Shown here in pieces: positions 46,586 through 57,180 of a DNA stretch of 64,000 bases (its first letter is position 1; each line of letters begins with the position of its first letter). Source of the stretch: an uncultured delta proteobacterium (GTDB lineage Bacteria; Desulfobacterota; Binatia; UBA9968); assembly GCA_963816145.1 (NCBI GenBank), contig CAWFJP010000030.1, forward strand, positions 512,001-576,000. The letters are read 5' to 3'. The notes under the pieces are model-generated. The model did not search any database, was not told the origin of the DNA, and worked only from the letters and a program-made list of their open reading frames with translations. The translations under genes were made by a program, and so were the position numbers.

Positions 46586-47711
46586 AGTTGAGCGCTTCCA
46601 CCGCATCGCGACTCGAATCGAATGTAATTGCACCGTCGGCATGGCGCATCACGCCGACCGGGTCTTTGCCTTGCGCCACCGCGTCGATGGAGTCGCGGAT
46701 CATTTTGCGCAGCATAAGAATCCCTTGGTCGGAGCTCGCCAGATGCTCTTTGGTCCGGTCGGCGATCACACCCTGGGTTTCCTGGGCGACCCGATCCTGC
46801 TCGCGATTGGGTAGATTCCACCAGCTGTCCTGCACCCTTGTGTACACGCCCGGTTCGCTCTTGCGAAAGCCTTTCACCCGCAGCGGCTCAGGCCGCGTCG
46901 GCTTGCCGTCCTTGTGTGGGTAGAAGTCGATATAGAAAGTATTGGTCGTGTAATCGTCCTTGGGCACACGGAAGCGGATCACCTGGCGCGGTTGCTCATC
47001 GACGCGCGCAGCTGAGTGGCGCACATGGGAGGGAAATACGAAATGCGAGATGCGCGGCTTGGCGACACCCTCGACCCAGGTGGTTTCCTTGAGGCCGAAG
47101 GGCGTCGGCTCCCATTTGATCGTCGGCCGCTTCATCGCCATGTTGGGATAGCCGGCGGCATGGAGCGCGATCGAGTGCGCGCCGTCCGCGGAGTTCTCGG
47201 CGCGCTGCAGCCAATTGCAGAACTCCTCGCCGCCGCCGACCACCCGGCTGCCGTCGTCGCGCACCAGCAAATCGTACGGTGGCAACAACGGCGCCGGTTC
47301 GGGGCCGATGTAAGCGAAGATCAAGCCGCCGGCGTCCTGGGCATGGTAGGCTGGATGCTTCACGCGCTCTTTGAACCTGCTATCGGCCGGCTCGGCGGGT
47401 TGATCCAGGCAGTTGCCGCGCGCATCCCAAAGCCAGCCGTGATAGCAGCAACGGATGCCGTTGTCCTCGACTCTGCCGTACTCCAACGACGTGCCGCGAT
47501 GCGAGCAGTGCAGCGCCACCAAGCCCAGCCTGCCGCTGCCATCGCGAAATAAGACAAAATCTTCGGCCAGCAACGTCACCTTGGTCGGCGCCGCCTTCGC
47601 CTGCACCTGATCCGAAAACGCCACCGGCCACCAATAACAGCGCAACATCTCCCCCGCCGGCTTCCCTGGGCCGACGCGGGTCATGAGTTCATTTTCTTCA
47701 GCAGTCAACAT
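46584..47711 (-). CDS. Rieske non-heme iron oxygenase alpha subunit
   Basis: CSH...CCYH; ENSADGAHSIALH; EHLASSD. Confidence 0.9.
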   Translation of the reverse strand: MLTAEENELMTRVGPGKPAGEMLRCYWWPVAFSDQVQAKAAPTKVTLLAEDFVLFRDGSGRLGLVALHCSHRGTSLEYGRVEDNGIRCCYHGWLWDARGNCLDQPAEPADSRFKERVKHPAYHAQDAGGLIFAYIGPEPAPLLPPYDLLVRDDGSRVVGGGEEFCNWLQRAENSADGAHSIALHAAGYPNMAMKRPTIKWEPTPFGLKETTWVEGVAKPRISHFVFPSHVRHSAARVDEQPRQVIRFRVPKDDYTTNTFYIDFYPHKDGKPTRPEPLRVKGFRKSEPGVYTRVQDSWWNLPNREQDRVAQETQGVIADRTKEHLASSDQGILMLRKMIRDSIDAVAQGKDPVGVMRHADGAITFDSSRDAVEALN

Positions 47712-47729
47712 ATCAATGATCCTTCAAGG

Positions 47730-47811
47730 TTGAAGTATGAAGGATAAGGGCTGAAGTAAGAACGAAAACCATCGGAATCTTATTTCATCCTTCATCCTTC
47801 CGCCTTCATCC
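47730..47811. repeat. Family C heptamer inverted repeat
   Basis: TGAAGTATGAAGGATAAGG ... TTCATCCTTCATCCTTCCGCCTTCATCC. Confidence 0.75.
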
Positions 47812-48879
47812 CTATTGCTTTAGCATCTTCGTCAACTCTTCTTTAAATTCCAAGCCGCTATCCTCGCCTTGCAGGTAGAAATTGATCGAATCCTGCGCAT
47901 CCTGCAATTGCAAGCGATTCTGCTTCAAATACTTGTTCATGATCGTGCCTTCAACCAGATGCGAAGTGCGGAAATCTTGTTTTTCCAGGATCGCCTGGGC
48001 CTCTTTCGACGCCATGAAGCCGGTGAACAGCTTCGCCAAATTTGGATGCGCCGAGTTGCGCGGCACTGCCAGCTGGAAATAGGACGGCAGCACCGGCGTC
48101 GAGCCCATCACCGCCACCAGCGGCGCGCCCTTGGCCTGCCACTGCCACATCTGTTCGGTGGCGCCGCCCATGTTCGCCGCGATGGGAAATTCGCCGCTGA
48201 CCACCCGCTCCTCTTCGCTGTAGCGCAGCCGGCCGCCGCTCAGCGCAACGAGTTTCTTGGTAAAGCTTTTGACCTTGTCCTCACTCCAGATCATCGACAA
48301 CTCGACCAACCAGGATACATAGGGCGGGATCGCCAGCTTGCCCGCCCAAGCCGGGCTCAACTTCGGATCGACCAGATCTTCGTAACTCTTCGGCGCTTTA
48401 TCCTTGGGGATCACTTTCGAGTTGTAAATCATCCCGCGCAACGAAGTGAAAATTAGGACACCTTCATTGGGAAAAATCTCCATCGGCTTGGTGATCCACG
48501 GAAATATCCCGGAGTAATTGACCTGCTCCAGCGCCTTTTCCTTGTGCAAGAGCGACACATGCGACTGCGACCCGTGATAAATATCGCTCGACGCCTTGCT
48601 GCCGTTTTTCAGTTCAGTTATCGTCCGCGCCGCCATCGAGTTCATCTCGGGTCCCGCGGCAAAACGGATCTTCATATTGAGACCGAAGCGCTTGTTGAAC
48701 GCCGCTTCGAGCAGATTCAAAGTCTTCTGCCCGCCAAACGTCTGCGCCCCGGCAATGAAAGTCAGCTCCGACTCCTTCTTCGCCCCCGCGATCAACTGCT
48801 CCAAAGTCTCCGCCGCGACGGCCGAATGAACTGAAAGCAGCACCACCAAGCCAACGATAATTTTGGCACAAACTCTCAT
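47812..48879 (-). CDS. Extracellular solute-binding protein, paralog of 45432-46475
   Basis: True start ATG 48879 (GGGAGAG RBS); shared APKxYEDL.DP.LSPAWAGK.AIP and LxGGRLR..EEER.VSGEFPI. Confidence 0.88.
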   Translation of the reverse strand: MRVCAKIIVGLVVLLSVHSAVAAETLEQLIAGAKKESELTFIAGAQTFGGQKTLNLLEAAFNKRFGLNMKIRFAAGPEMNSMAARTITELKNGSKASSDIYHGSQSHVSLLHKEKALEQVNYSGIFPWITKPMEIFPNEGVLIFTSLRGMIYNSKVIPKDKAPKSYEDLVDPKLSPAWAGKLAIPPYVSWLVELSMIWSEDKVKSFTKKLVALSGGRLRYSEEERVVSGEFPIAANMGGATEQMWQWQAKGAPLVAVMGSTPVLPSYFQLAVPRNSAHPNLAKLFTGFMASKEAQAILEKQDFRTSHLVEGTIMNKYLKQNRLQLQDAQDSINFYLQGEDSGLEFKEELTKMLKQ

Positions 48880-48902
48880 CGCACTCTCCCATCCGAGCAA
48901 CG

Positions 48903-48978
48903 TTGAACCTTGAACGCTTGAACCTTTGAACGAATCCGATCCCCTGGAACGTTTGCAACACCTGGAACCCTTGGAACG
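48903..48978 (+). repeat. Family B TTGAAC/TGGAAC arrays
   Basis: 4x TTGAAC then about 4x TGGAAC units. Confidence 0.8.
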
Positions 48979-48983
48979 TTTTA

Positions 48984-50132
48984 TTAGTCCAACAGTTCTT
49001 CCCTCGGCTCCAACCGTATCAGCACATTCTTCGCCGGATCGCGCACGACCGCCAGCGGATCGCGCCCTTGCTTGATCGCCTCCATACCGTCCTTGTAGAT
49101 TTTCCGAAGTAGAATGACGCCTTTGTCCGTCGTGACCAGATGTTCGGTGGTGCGGTCGAAGATCACGCCCTGGCTCTCCTGCGCGGCGCGGTCCTGGTCT
49201 TCGCGGGCGAGCCAGCCGATCTCGTCGTCCCAGCGATACTTTCCGAAAACCGTATCTTGCACGCCTTCCGCCGAGCGGTCTTTCATCAGCTTCGAAGTAA
49301 TCTTGCCGTCGACCTCGTTGGCGAACTCGACGGTGTAATGGATCGTGCTGGTATCGTCCATCGGCACGCGCCAGCGCATGACTTCGCAGGAACTGCTGGC
49401 GCGGTGCTCGGTCGGATGGCCCTCTTCGACGTTGCCGGTCTTGTTGATCGTCGGCATGACGAAAAAATTCACATGCGCCCAATTTTTGCCGGCGACCCGC
49501 CGCGTGTAGGTGTTGAGAACGCCATGCTCGAAGATTTGCGGATTGATTTCGCCTTCTTCCCAGGTCGGCGTTGTCAGGCCGCGGTGCAGCCACTTCAAAT
49601 GGTTTTGATCCACCGAGTTTTCGATCATTTGAAAAAAATTACAGTTGACGATACGCGCGCGCATCGCCCGCTGGCCATCCTGGCGCGCCAGAACATCATA
49701 GCGCGGCAACAACGGCGCCGGCTCCGGTCCCATGTAGACGAACAACACACCGCCCAACTCTTGAACTTTATAAGAAGGCTGCCGCACCCGCTCCTTGAAC
49801 GTGCTCGCCGGCCCTTCGCCAGGCGTCTCCAGCACCTTGCCTTCGACGTCAAACAGCCAGCCGTGGTAACAACAACGCAACCCGCCGCTCTCGATATGGC
49901 CGAACTCAAGTGAAGTGCCGCGATGCATGCAGCGCAGCGCCAGCACGCCAAACTTGCCAAACTCGTCCTTGAACAACACCACATCCTCGCCAAGAACCCG
50001 CTTCTTCTTCGGCTTGCCCTGCAACTCATTGGCAAACCCGATCGGCTGCCAATAGCGTCGCAACAACTCCCCCGCAGGCTTGCCCGGCCCTACCTGCGTG
50101 TACATGTCGTTTTCTTCTTTACTCAGTGCCAT
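48984..50132 (-). CDS. Rieske non-heme iron oxygenase alpha subunit
   Basis: CMH...CCYH; ENSVDQNHLKWLH; EHLVTTD. Confidence 0.9.
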   Translation of the reverse strand: MALSKEENDMYTQVGPGKPAGELLRRYWQPIGFANELQGKPKKKRVLGEDVVLFKDEFGKFGVLALRCMHRGTSLEFGHIESGGLRCCYHGWLFDVEGKVLETPGEGPASTFKERVRQPSYKVQELGGVLFVYMGPEPAPLLPRYDVLARQDGQRAMRARIVNCNFFQMIENSVDQNHLKWLHRGLTTPTWEEGEINPQIFEHGVLNTYTRRVAGKNWAHVNFFVMPTINKTGNVEEGHPTEHRASSSCEVMRWRVPMDDTSTIHYTVEFANEVDGKITSKLMKDRSAEGVQDTVFGKYRWDDEIGWLAREDQDRAAQESQGVIFDRTTEHLVTTDKGVILLRKIYKDGMEAIKQGRDPLAVVRDPAKNVLIRLEPREELLD

Positions 50133-50467
50133 AACCCTGTCCTTATGTTATTAGAATCATTCGCGTTTGTTTCATCACGAATATCCGAGTCGCAGCGAAG
50201 GTGTCAAGCAAAGCATTGCCGCCGGATCGCTCGAAGCAGGATCGCTTCGGAAAGATGTTTAGTTTTCCGCTATTTCTTTTCTAGGCTTTTATGGGCGAAC
50301 TGTCGACGAGATTTCGGTTCGAAGTGTCATTTAACCCATTGCTAGTGCCAAGAATTCTTATGGTCCTCCGCCATCACCTTGTGACTCACCACTCCGCGGC
50401 ATCAAGCTAGACAACGCTAAGTTCCAAGTTGAATTCGCACCCACCCTGTGCAAATCTTTGATTACTC

Positions 50468-51853
50468 ATGGCCGACCAAACCGCGACATTATTGCGTGAG
50501 CTTCCATCCATCGATCGCCTGCTCAATCATGCGCGCTGCGCTGCGCTGCTGACGCGATACAATCGCGATTACGTGACGCAGAAGTGCCGCGGGGCGTTGG
50601 ATCACCTGCGCGCGAATATCCGCCAAGGCAAAGGCCAACTCCTGAGTGACGACACCATCCTCGACCAAATCGAGGCGCAGATCGAACTGGAAAGCCGGCC
50701 CGGCCATATCCGCGTCGTCAACGCCACCGGAACCATCCTGCATACCAATCTCGGTCGCGCCCTGCTGTCGCAGGCGGCCATCGACGCCATGGTCGCGGTA
50801 GCCGGCACGCCGATCAATTTGGAATACGATCTCGCCGCCGGCAAACGCGGCAAACGCGAAGAAACCTTAGAGCAATTGCTGGTCGATCTCACCGGCGCAG
50901 AAGCAGCGACCGTGGTCAATAACAACGCCGCCGCCGTGCTATTGGCGCTGAATTCATTGGCCCAAGGCAAGGAAGTCATCGTCTCGCGCGGCGAACTGAT
51001 CGAAATCGGCGGCGCATTTAGAATTCCCGAGATCATGGCCAAGAGCGGTGCGATTCTGCGCGAGGTCGGCGCGACCAACAGAACCCATCCGGCGGATTAC
51101 GAAAACGCCATCAACGAAAACACCGCCCTGCTGCTCAAAGTCCACACCAGCAACTACAAGGTCGTCGGCTTCACCGCCGACGTGGCGCTCGAGCAAATGG
51201 TCGCAATCGGCAGGAAACATAATCTGCCGGTGATGGAAGACTTGGGCAGCGGCGCGTTGATCGACCTGAGCAAATTCGGCCTGCCCAAAGAGCCGCTGGT
51301 CGGCGAAAGAATCGCCGCCGGCGCCGATGTCGTCACTTTCAGCGGCGACAAGATTCTCGGCGGCCCGCAAGCGGGATTGATAGTCGGCAAAAAAGATCTT
51401 ATCGGCAAGATGAGCAAGAATCATCTGCAACGCGCGCTCCGCTGCGGCAAGTTGACGCTCGCCGCTTTGGAAGCGACGCTGCGCCGCTATCGCCAATCGC
51501 CGAACATCGTCGAAGAAATTCCAACCCTGCGAGCGTTCACCCGGTCGGTAGAAGAAGTCCGGGCAATGGGCCAGTCATTGCTACCGCAACTAGAAATCGC
51601 ACTCGGCAAAGATTTTCTCCTATCGCTGCAAGACTCGACCTCGCAGATCGGCAGCGGCGCCATGCCAACTGAAGAACTGCCGACGGTCGTGATCACCATC
51701 GAAAACTCAAAACTAAGCGCCAACGCCATCGCAAAACGATTTAGACAAGCGAATCCGCCAATCATCGGCAGAATCAAAGACGACCAATTTCTCTTAGACC
51801 TAAGAACGATCTTCGACGCCGAAGACCTAGTGCCAAACCTCCGATCCGAATAA
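50468..51853 (+). CDS. selA: L-seryl-tRNA(Sec) selenium transferase
   Basis: VVNATGTILHTNLGRA; VNNNAAA; SRGELIEIGG; PLP Lys FSGDKILGGPQAG. Confidence 0.97.
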   Translation: MADQTATLLRELPSIDRLLNHARCAALLTRYNRDYVTQKCRGALDHLRANIRQGKGQLLSDDTILDQIEAQIELESRPGHIRVVNATGTILHTNLGRALLSQAAIDAMVAVAGTPINLEYDLAAGKRGKREETLEQLLVDLTGAEAATVVNNNAAAVLLALNSLAQGKEVIVSRGELIEIGGAFRIPEIMAKSGAILREVGATNRTHPADYENAINENTALLLKVHTSNYKVVGFTADVALEQMVAIGRKHNLPVMEDLGSGALIDLSKFGLPKEPLVGERIAAGADVVTFSGDKILGGPQAGLIVGKKDLIGKMSKNHLQRALRCGKLTLAALEATLRRYRQSPNIVEEIPTLRAFTRSVEEVRAMGQSLLPQLEIALGKDFLLSLQDSTSQIGSGAMPTEELPTVVITIENSKLSANAIAKRFRQANPPIIGRIKDDQFLLDLRTIFDAEDLVPNLRSE

Positions 51854-51886
51854 TTTTCCATTCTCCATTATCAATTAATTAACCCC

Positions 51887-53815
51887 ATGCCCTACATCAT
51901 CGGCACCGCCGGCCACATCGACCATGGCAAAACCAGCCTGATCAAAGCGCTCACCGGCACCGACACCGACAGATTGAAGGAAGAAAAAGAGCGCGGCATC
52001 TCCATCGATCTAGGCTTCGCCCATCTCGACCTGCCGGATGGTACTTCGGCTGGCATCGTCGACGTTCCCGGCCACGAGCGCTTTATCAAAAACATGCTCG
52101 CCGGCGCCCACGGCATCGATCTGGTGCTATTCACCGTCGCCGCCGACGACGGCGTCATGCCGCAGACCGAAGAGCATCTCGACATCGTTCATTTGCTCGG
52201 CATCAAGATGGCGATCTTCGTCATCACCAAGGCCGATCTCGCGCCGGCGCGCATCGCCGACGTCGAAGAAGAGATCGACATCCTCACCCTCGGCACGAGT
52301 CTCGAAAACTCACCCAAGATCGCGGTGTCATCGGTGACCGGCCAAGGCCTTGAAGAGCTCAAGCAGCTGATCTCCAAGACGTTGAAATCCGCCGATCACG
52401 CCGCGCCGTCCGGCTATTTTCGCCTGCCGGTGGACCGCGCTTTCGTCCTGCAAGGCCATGGTGTCGTGGTCACCGGCACTTCGCTCTCCGGCGAGATCAA
52501 AGTCGGTGAGCAGGTGCGCTGCTTGCCCGGCGACAATTTGTTCCGCGTGCGCAGCTTGCAGGTGCATGGCCAATCGGTTGAGCGCGCTGTCTGGGGCCAG
52601 CGCGTCGCGATGAATTTGACCGGCCCCGAGCGCGCCTCCATCGAGCGCGGCCAGGTCATTTGCCACGAGAAGCTGGCGCTCACTTCGAATCGCTTCGACG
52701 CCTTTTTGGAAGTGCGGCCGGCGGCGGCCAAGGGCATCAAGAACCATCAGCGCCTGCGCATTCACATGGGCGCCGCCGAGCGCCTCGGCAAGATCGTCCT
52801 GCTCGGCGACAAGGACAAGGCCGAGCCCAAAGAGTCGGTGTATTGCCAGATTACCCTCGAAGAACCGCTGCTGGTTCTGCGTGGCGACCGCTTCGTCGCC
52901 CGCGACGAAACGGCACAACGCACCCTCGGCGGCGGCACCGTCATCCACCCCTGGGCCAAACGGCACAAGCGCGGCGAAGCCAACTTGCTCGATCGGCTCA
53001 AAGCGCTCCACACCGGTGATTTCGCGCAATTAGTTGAAGAGTTCTTGAACGACAGCGGCGACTTCGCAATCGCCATCGACGCGATTTATCAGTTCTTGAA
53101 CCTGCGCGAGGAAGAATCCCGGCAAAAAGTCGACGCTTTGAAATCCCTGCGCGCGGTCAACGCAGAGGGCGAAAAAGTCTACACCACCGAGTTGAAATGG
53201 AGCCGGCTCAAGGAGCGGCTGCTCAAGAGCCTCAAGGAATTCCACGCCGCCCATCCGTTGGTCCCGGGCATGGACATGGAGGAGCTGCGCGGCAAGCTCG
53301 GTTACAAGCTTTCGCCGAAAATCTTTCGCGTCGTCGTCGACCTGTTCAGCAAAGAGAAGTTGATCGCCAAAGAAGAAAATCTCTTGCGCTTGGCGAGCCA
53401 CCAGGTCCAGCTCGGCGGCCAAGAAAAAGTCTTGATGGAAAAGATCAAAAAGGTTCTCGGCGAGCAGCCCTTGGCGCCGCCCGATTTGAAGGAAGTCGAA
53501 AAGCAAGCCGGCGTGCCGCGCAATCGTTTGAGCGAAGTCATTCGACTGCTGGAACGCGAAGGCGCGGTCGTGCGCATCACCACCGACATGTATTTCCTCG
53601 CTTCGAGCATCGAACAACTGCGCGCGACCTTGGTGCAATTTTTGACCGACAAGGGCGAGATGAACGCCGCCGCTTTTCGCGATCTGATCGGCTCGAGCCG
53701 CAAGTACACGATTCCTTTGTTGGAATACTTCGACCGCGTCGGCCTGACCATCCGCATCGGCGACATCCGCAAGCTCAAAGTGCCTCTCGCCGCGGTAAAA
53801 TCGCCGCTACGTTGA
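51887..53815 (+). CDS. selB: Selenocysteine-specific elongation factor
   Basis: [11 protein letters not shown]; DVPGHE; TKAD; C-terminal winged helix [13 protein letters not shown]. Confidence 0.97.
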   Translation: MPYIIGTAGHIDHGKTSLIKALTGTDTDRLKEEKERGISIDLGFAHLDLPDGTSAGIVDVPGHERFIKNMLAGAHGIDLVLFTVAADDGVMPQTEEHLDIVHLLGIKMAIFVITKADLAPARIADVEEEIDILTLGTSLENSPKIAVSSVTGQGLEELKQLISKTLKSADHAAPSGYFRLPVDRAFVLQGHGVVVTGTSLSGEIKVGEQVRCLPGDNLFRVRSLQVHGQSVERAVWGQRVAMNLTGPERASIERGQVICHEKLALTSNRFDAFLEVRPAAAKGIKNHQRLRIHMGAAERLGKIVLLGDKDKAEPKESVYCQITLEEPLLVLRGDRFVARDETAQRTLGGGTVIHPWAKRHKRGEANLLDRLKALHTGDFAQLVEEFLNDSGDFAIAIDAIYQFLNLREEESRQKVDALKSLRAVNAEGEKVYTTELKWSRLKERLLKSLKEFHAAHPLVPGMDMEELRGKLGYKLSPKIFRVVVDLFSKEKLIAKEENLLRLASHQVQLGGQEKVLMEKIKKVLGEQPLAPPDLKEVEKQAGVPRNRLSEVIRLLEREGAVVRITTDMYFLASSIEQLRATLVQFLTDKGEMNAAAFRDLIGSSRKYTIPLLEYFDRVGLTIRIGDIRKLKVPLAAVKSPLR

Positions 53816-53849
53816 ATTCCTCAGACAATCGAATTAAAGTCTCCTGGCT

Positions 53850-54905
53850 ATGATGTTAGGGAAAAAGAAAGCCGTGCGCTTGACGCAAGAGGTCAAAGCC
53901 GCGGGTTGAGCTGCCAAGCTCGGTCCGGGTGACCTGGCGCAAATCTTACACGACTTACCGAAGTTCAACGATCCCAACATGCTGGTCGGCACTGAAACCG
54001 CCGACGACGCAGGGGTGTACCGTTTACGCCCCGACCTGGCAATCGTCAATACCGTGGACTTCTTCACGCCCATCGTCGACGATCCTTACCTGTTCGGGCA
54101 GATTTCCGCGACTAACTCGCTGAGCGACGTCTACGCCATGGGCGGCGATCCCAAGACCTGCATGAACATCGTCTGCTTTCCCAAAGGCAAGATGGATATT
54201 TCCATCCTGGGCGAGATCCTCAAGGGCGGCGCCGATAAGGTCAAAGAGACCGGCGCTGTAATCATCGGCGGCCATAGCATTATCGATGAAGAGATTAAAT
54301 ACGGCATGGCGGTCACCGGAGTCATCCATCCGGACAAAATTTTTCGCAACGTCGGCGTCCAAGAAGGCGACGTATTGATTTTGACCAAACCACTAGGCAC
54401 CGGTATCATCACCACAGCGCTCAAACGCGGTAAGGCATCCGCCGAAAGCATCGCGCAAGCCGTAACCTCGATGACCACCCTCAATGCTGCCGCTTCATTC
54501 GTCGCGCGTAAATTTCCGGTCCACGCGGTTTCCGATGTCACCGGCTTCGGGGTCCTGGGCCATGCCCAGGAGATGGCCAGCGGCAGCGGCGTTACACTGA
54601 TTCTGGAGTCGGCAAAGCTACCGCTGCTCAGAAGCGCCGTGCGGCTCGCCGAAAAGGGCTACATCACCGGCGGCTGCAAGCGCAACAAAGATTATCTCGA
54701 CGATAAAATGGTAATCGAAAAGAGCGTCAGCGAAGGTCTGGCCGAAGTCGCCCTCGACCCTCAGACCTCCGGCGGCCTGCTCATCGCCATCGGTAAGAGA
54801 CATGCCGCCAAATTGATCGACGACCTGCACGCCGCCGGCGTCACCGCCGCCTGCGAAATCGGATACGCGACCTCACAGCAGAAGCCCTGGGTGCGCCTGG
54901 TTTGA
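53850..54905 (+). CDS. selD: Selenide, water dikinase (selenophosphate synthetase), selenoprotein form
   Basis: ATG 53850 in frame with ORF 53979; RLTQEVKAAG-TGA(53907-53909)-AAKLGP corresponds to the conserved GC/UxxK motif; DDAGVY, DFFTP, SDVYAMGG, DPQTSGGLL. Confidence 0.95.
53913..53938 (+). promoter_or_regulatory. Bacterial SECIS hairpin of selD
   Basis: GCCA-agctc-GGTC-CGGGT-GACC-TGGC directly after the UGA, G-containing apical loop. Confidence 0.7.
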
Positions 54906-55067
54906 TAGCCACGGCTGCTCGACTCCGTTAAAATCGAACTTCCATTGGTTACGATTGCTGAACCCGGCGCAGGCAAGTGCGCCGCTCTTCGCGAGAATCT
55001 GGCCGCCAACGGTTGACTACCGAAACAAGTAAATTCACCGGCCATCTGCTAAACTGAGCCCATCCTC

Positions 55068-57170
55068 ATGCTTGTCCCCTTCGCCCTCGACCGCCTCGCG
55101 CGGCTATATAACATTCAACACAGGTATCGTGATGGGCTTGGGCAACTGCGACAAGCGCCGGCGGTAGCGATCTTCCGGGTGTTGCAGGCGCTCGGCGCGC
55201 CGGTGCACCGGATCGAGGAATCGCAAGACGCCTGGCGGCAGCGCCGCCAAGAACTGTGGCAACGGGTCATTGAGCCGGTGGTCGTCGTTTGGGCAAACCA
55301 ACCGGTGATACTGAAGGTTCGTGTACCCGCACAACTAGCGGAAACCTCTGCGAGCTTTCGCATCATTTTTGACAGCGGATCGACCATGGCAGGCGAACTC
55401 GGCGACGATCCCGCCAGCAACCCCGTCACCCGCGCCGTCGAAGGTTCGCGTTATACCACCCGCCGCTTCGTGGGCCCCGGCCCAATCCCACTTGGTTATC
55501 ATCGGCTCTATCTGCGCATCGGCGGTCTCGAAGTCGATAGCTTTTTGTTCTGCGCCCCGCCTCAGGCGTACGCGCCCGCCGAAAATAGCAAGCGCTGGGG
55601 GCTCTTCTGTCCGCTGTACGCGCTCCATTCCGAGCATGGCTGGGGCGCAGGTAATTTTTCCGATCTGAGCCAGTTGGTCGAGTTCACGGCCGGGCTCGGC
55701 GGTCACGCGGTCGCCACTCTGCCCATGCTCTCGAGCTTCTTAGACGAGCCCTTCAATCCGAGCCCTTACTCTCCGGTGAGCCGGCTGTTTTGGAATGAAT
55801 TCTATCTCGACATTGAAAACATCGCCGGGCTTGACGATTGCGCCGCGGCCAAGGCGCTGCTCTCCACCGACTTCAAGGCCGAGTTAAACCGGCTCCATGA
55901 CGCGCCGCTGGTGCCGTACCGTGAGACCATGGCGCGCAAGCGGGAAATCCTAACGGCGCTGCTGCGCGCCATACTCGCTAGTTCTTCTCGACGGCGCGGT
56001 GACTTTGAAAGTTTCATCGCCACCCACCCCACAGCGCATGACTACGCCGAGTTTCGCGCCAAGACCGAGCGCGAACGCAAGAGCTGGTTTGATTGGCCGG
56101 AGGAGAATCGCCAAGGCCAACTTCGAGCACAGGACTACGACGAATTTGCCAAGCTCTATCATCTCTACGTTCAGTGGCTGTGCGCCGAGCAAATTGCTGA
56201 GGTCGCCGCGAGCGCGCACACTCACGGCACCGCGCTCTATCTCGACTTCCCCCTTGGCGTCAACCGTGACGGCTATGATGTCTGGCGCCACCGGGATCTA
56301 TTCGCCCTCGGCATCAACGGCGGTGCTCCCCCCGACGGTTTGTATATCAAGGGCCAAACCTGGGGCTTTCCGCCGCTTCAACCAGAAGCGATCCGCCTGC
56401 AGGGCTACGGCTACTATATCGAATGCCTGCGCCATCACATGGGCCTGGCCGACATGCTGCGCATTGATCATGTGATGGGGCTGCATCGCGCCTTTTGGGT
56501 GCCCGATGGTTTTAGCGCCACTGACGGCGTCTACGTTCACGACCGCGCACCAGAGTTCTACGCGATATTGAATCTCGAATCGCACCGCCATCGGGTGCAG
56601 ATCGTCGGTGAAAATCTCGGCACTGTTCCCGAGTCCGTCAACGCAACCATGGCGCGGCGAAAAATCTACGGCATGCATGTCGGCCAGTTCGGCGTCAGCG
56701 GCGACCCGAGCCGCGCGCTTGACGCTACTCCCGCCGAGGTTGTCGCCAGCTTGAACACCCACGACACGGCGACGTTCATGGGATTCTGGCAGGAGAAAGA
56801 TATCGACGATCGTGTCGCTTTGGGGCTTCTCGATAATGAACAAGCCGATTCTGAGCGTCGCTACCGTACCGCGCAGAGAGACGCGCTAATCGCCTATCTG
56901 CAGGCCCAGGGTTATATCGGCGAGGAAGCTTCTGCAGCCGCCGTGCTGCGCGGCTGGCTGATTTATCTCGCCGGACAGCCGGCCGAGTTCCTTTTGATCA
57001 ACTTGGAAGACCTCTGGCTTGAGCCCACGCCGCAAAACGTCCCCGGCACTTGGCAGGAACGGCCCAACTGGCAGCGCAAGGCCGCTTACTCCATCGAGAA
57101 TATCCGCAGCCAAGCTGCCCTCCACGATCTTTTGCAGACAATCAGCGACATCCGTGCCCGGATAGTTTAG
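55068..57170 (+). CDS. malQ: 4-alpha-glucanotransferase (GH77)
   Basis: [11 protein letters not shown]; YLDFPLG; GAPPD; LRIDHVMG; GENLG; THDTAT; NVPGT. Confidence 0.93.
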   Translation: MLVPFALDRLARLYNIQHRYRDGLGQLRQAPAVAIFRVLQALGAPVHRIEESQDAWRQRRQELWQRVIEPVVVVWANQPVILKVRVPAQLAETSASFRIIFDSGSTMAGELGDDPASNPVTRAVEGSRYTTRRFVGPGPIPLGYHRLYLRIGGLEVDSFLFCAPPQAYAPAENSKRWGLFCPLYALHSEHGWGAGNFSDLSQLVEFTAGLGGHAVATLPMLSSFLDEPFNPSPYSPVSRLFWNEFYLDIENIAGLDDCAAAKALLSTDFKAELNRLHDAPLVPYRETMARKREILTALLRAILASSSRRRGDFESFIATHPTAHDYAEFRAKTERERKSWFDWPEENRQGQLRAQDYDEFAKLYHLYVQWLCAEQIAEVAASAHTHGTALYLDFPLGVNRDGYDVWRHRDLFALGINGGAPPDGLYIKGQTWGFPPLQPEAIRLQGYGYYIECLRHHMGLADMLRIDHVMGLHRAFWVPDGFSATDGVYVHDRAPEFYAILNLESHRHRVQIVGENLGTVPESVNATMARRKIYGMHVGQFGVSGDPSRALDATPAEVVASLNTHDTATFMGFWQEKDIDDRVALGLLDNEQADSERRYRTAQRDALIAYLQAQGYIGEEASAAAVLRGWLIYLAGQPAEFLLINLEDLWLEPTPQNVPGTWQERPNWQRKAAYSIENIRSQAALHDLLQTISDIRARIV

Positions 57171-57180
57171 AATATTGCTC

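Noticed and set aside
48880-49593. 593-aa version of the binding protein in the ORF track
   Set aside because: The extension overlaps the Rieske gene in another frame and reads through a repeat; signal peptide and RBS place the start at 48879
50133-50467. selC (tRNA-Sec) beside selA
   Set aside because: No cloverleaf, UCA anticodon arm or GTTCGA T-loop in a tRNA context here or after selD
54906-55052. Second UGA-containing selenoprotein ORF after selD (TGA 55014)
   Set aside because: No RBS or CxxU-type motif, no evident SECIS; selD ends with tandem TGA TAG
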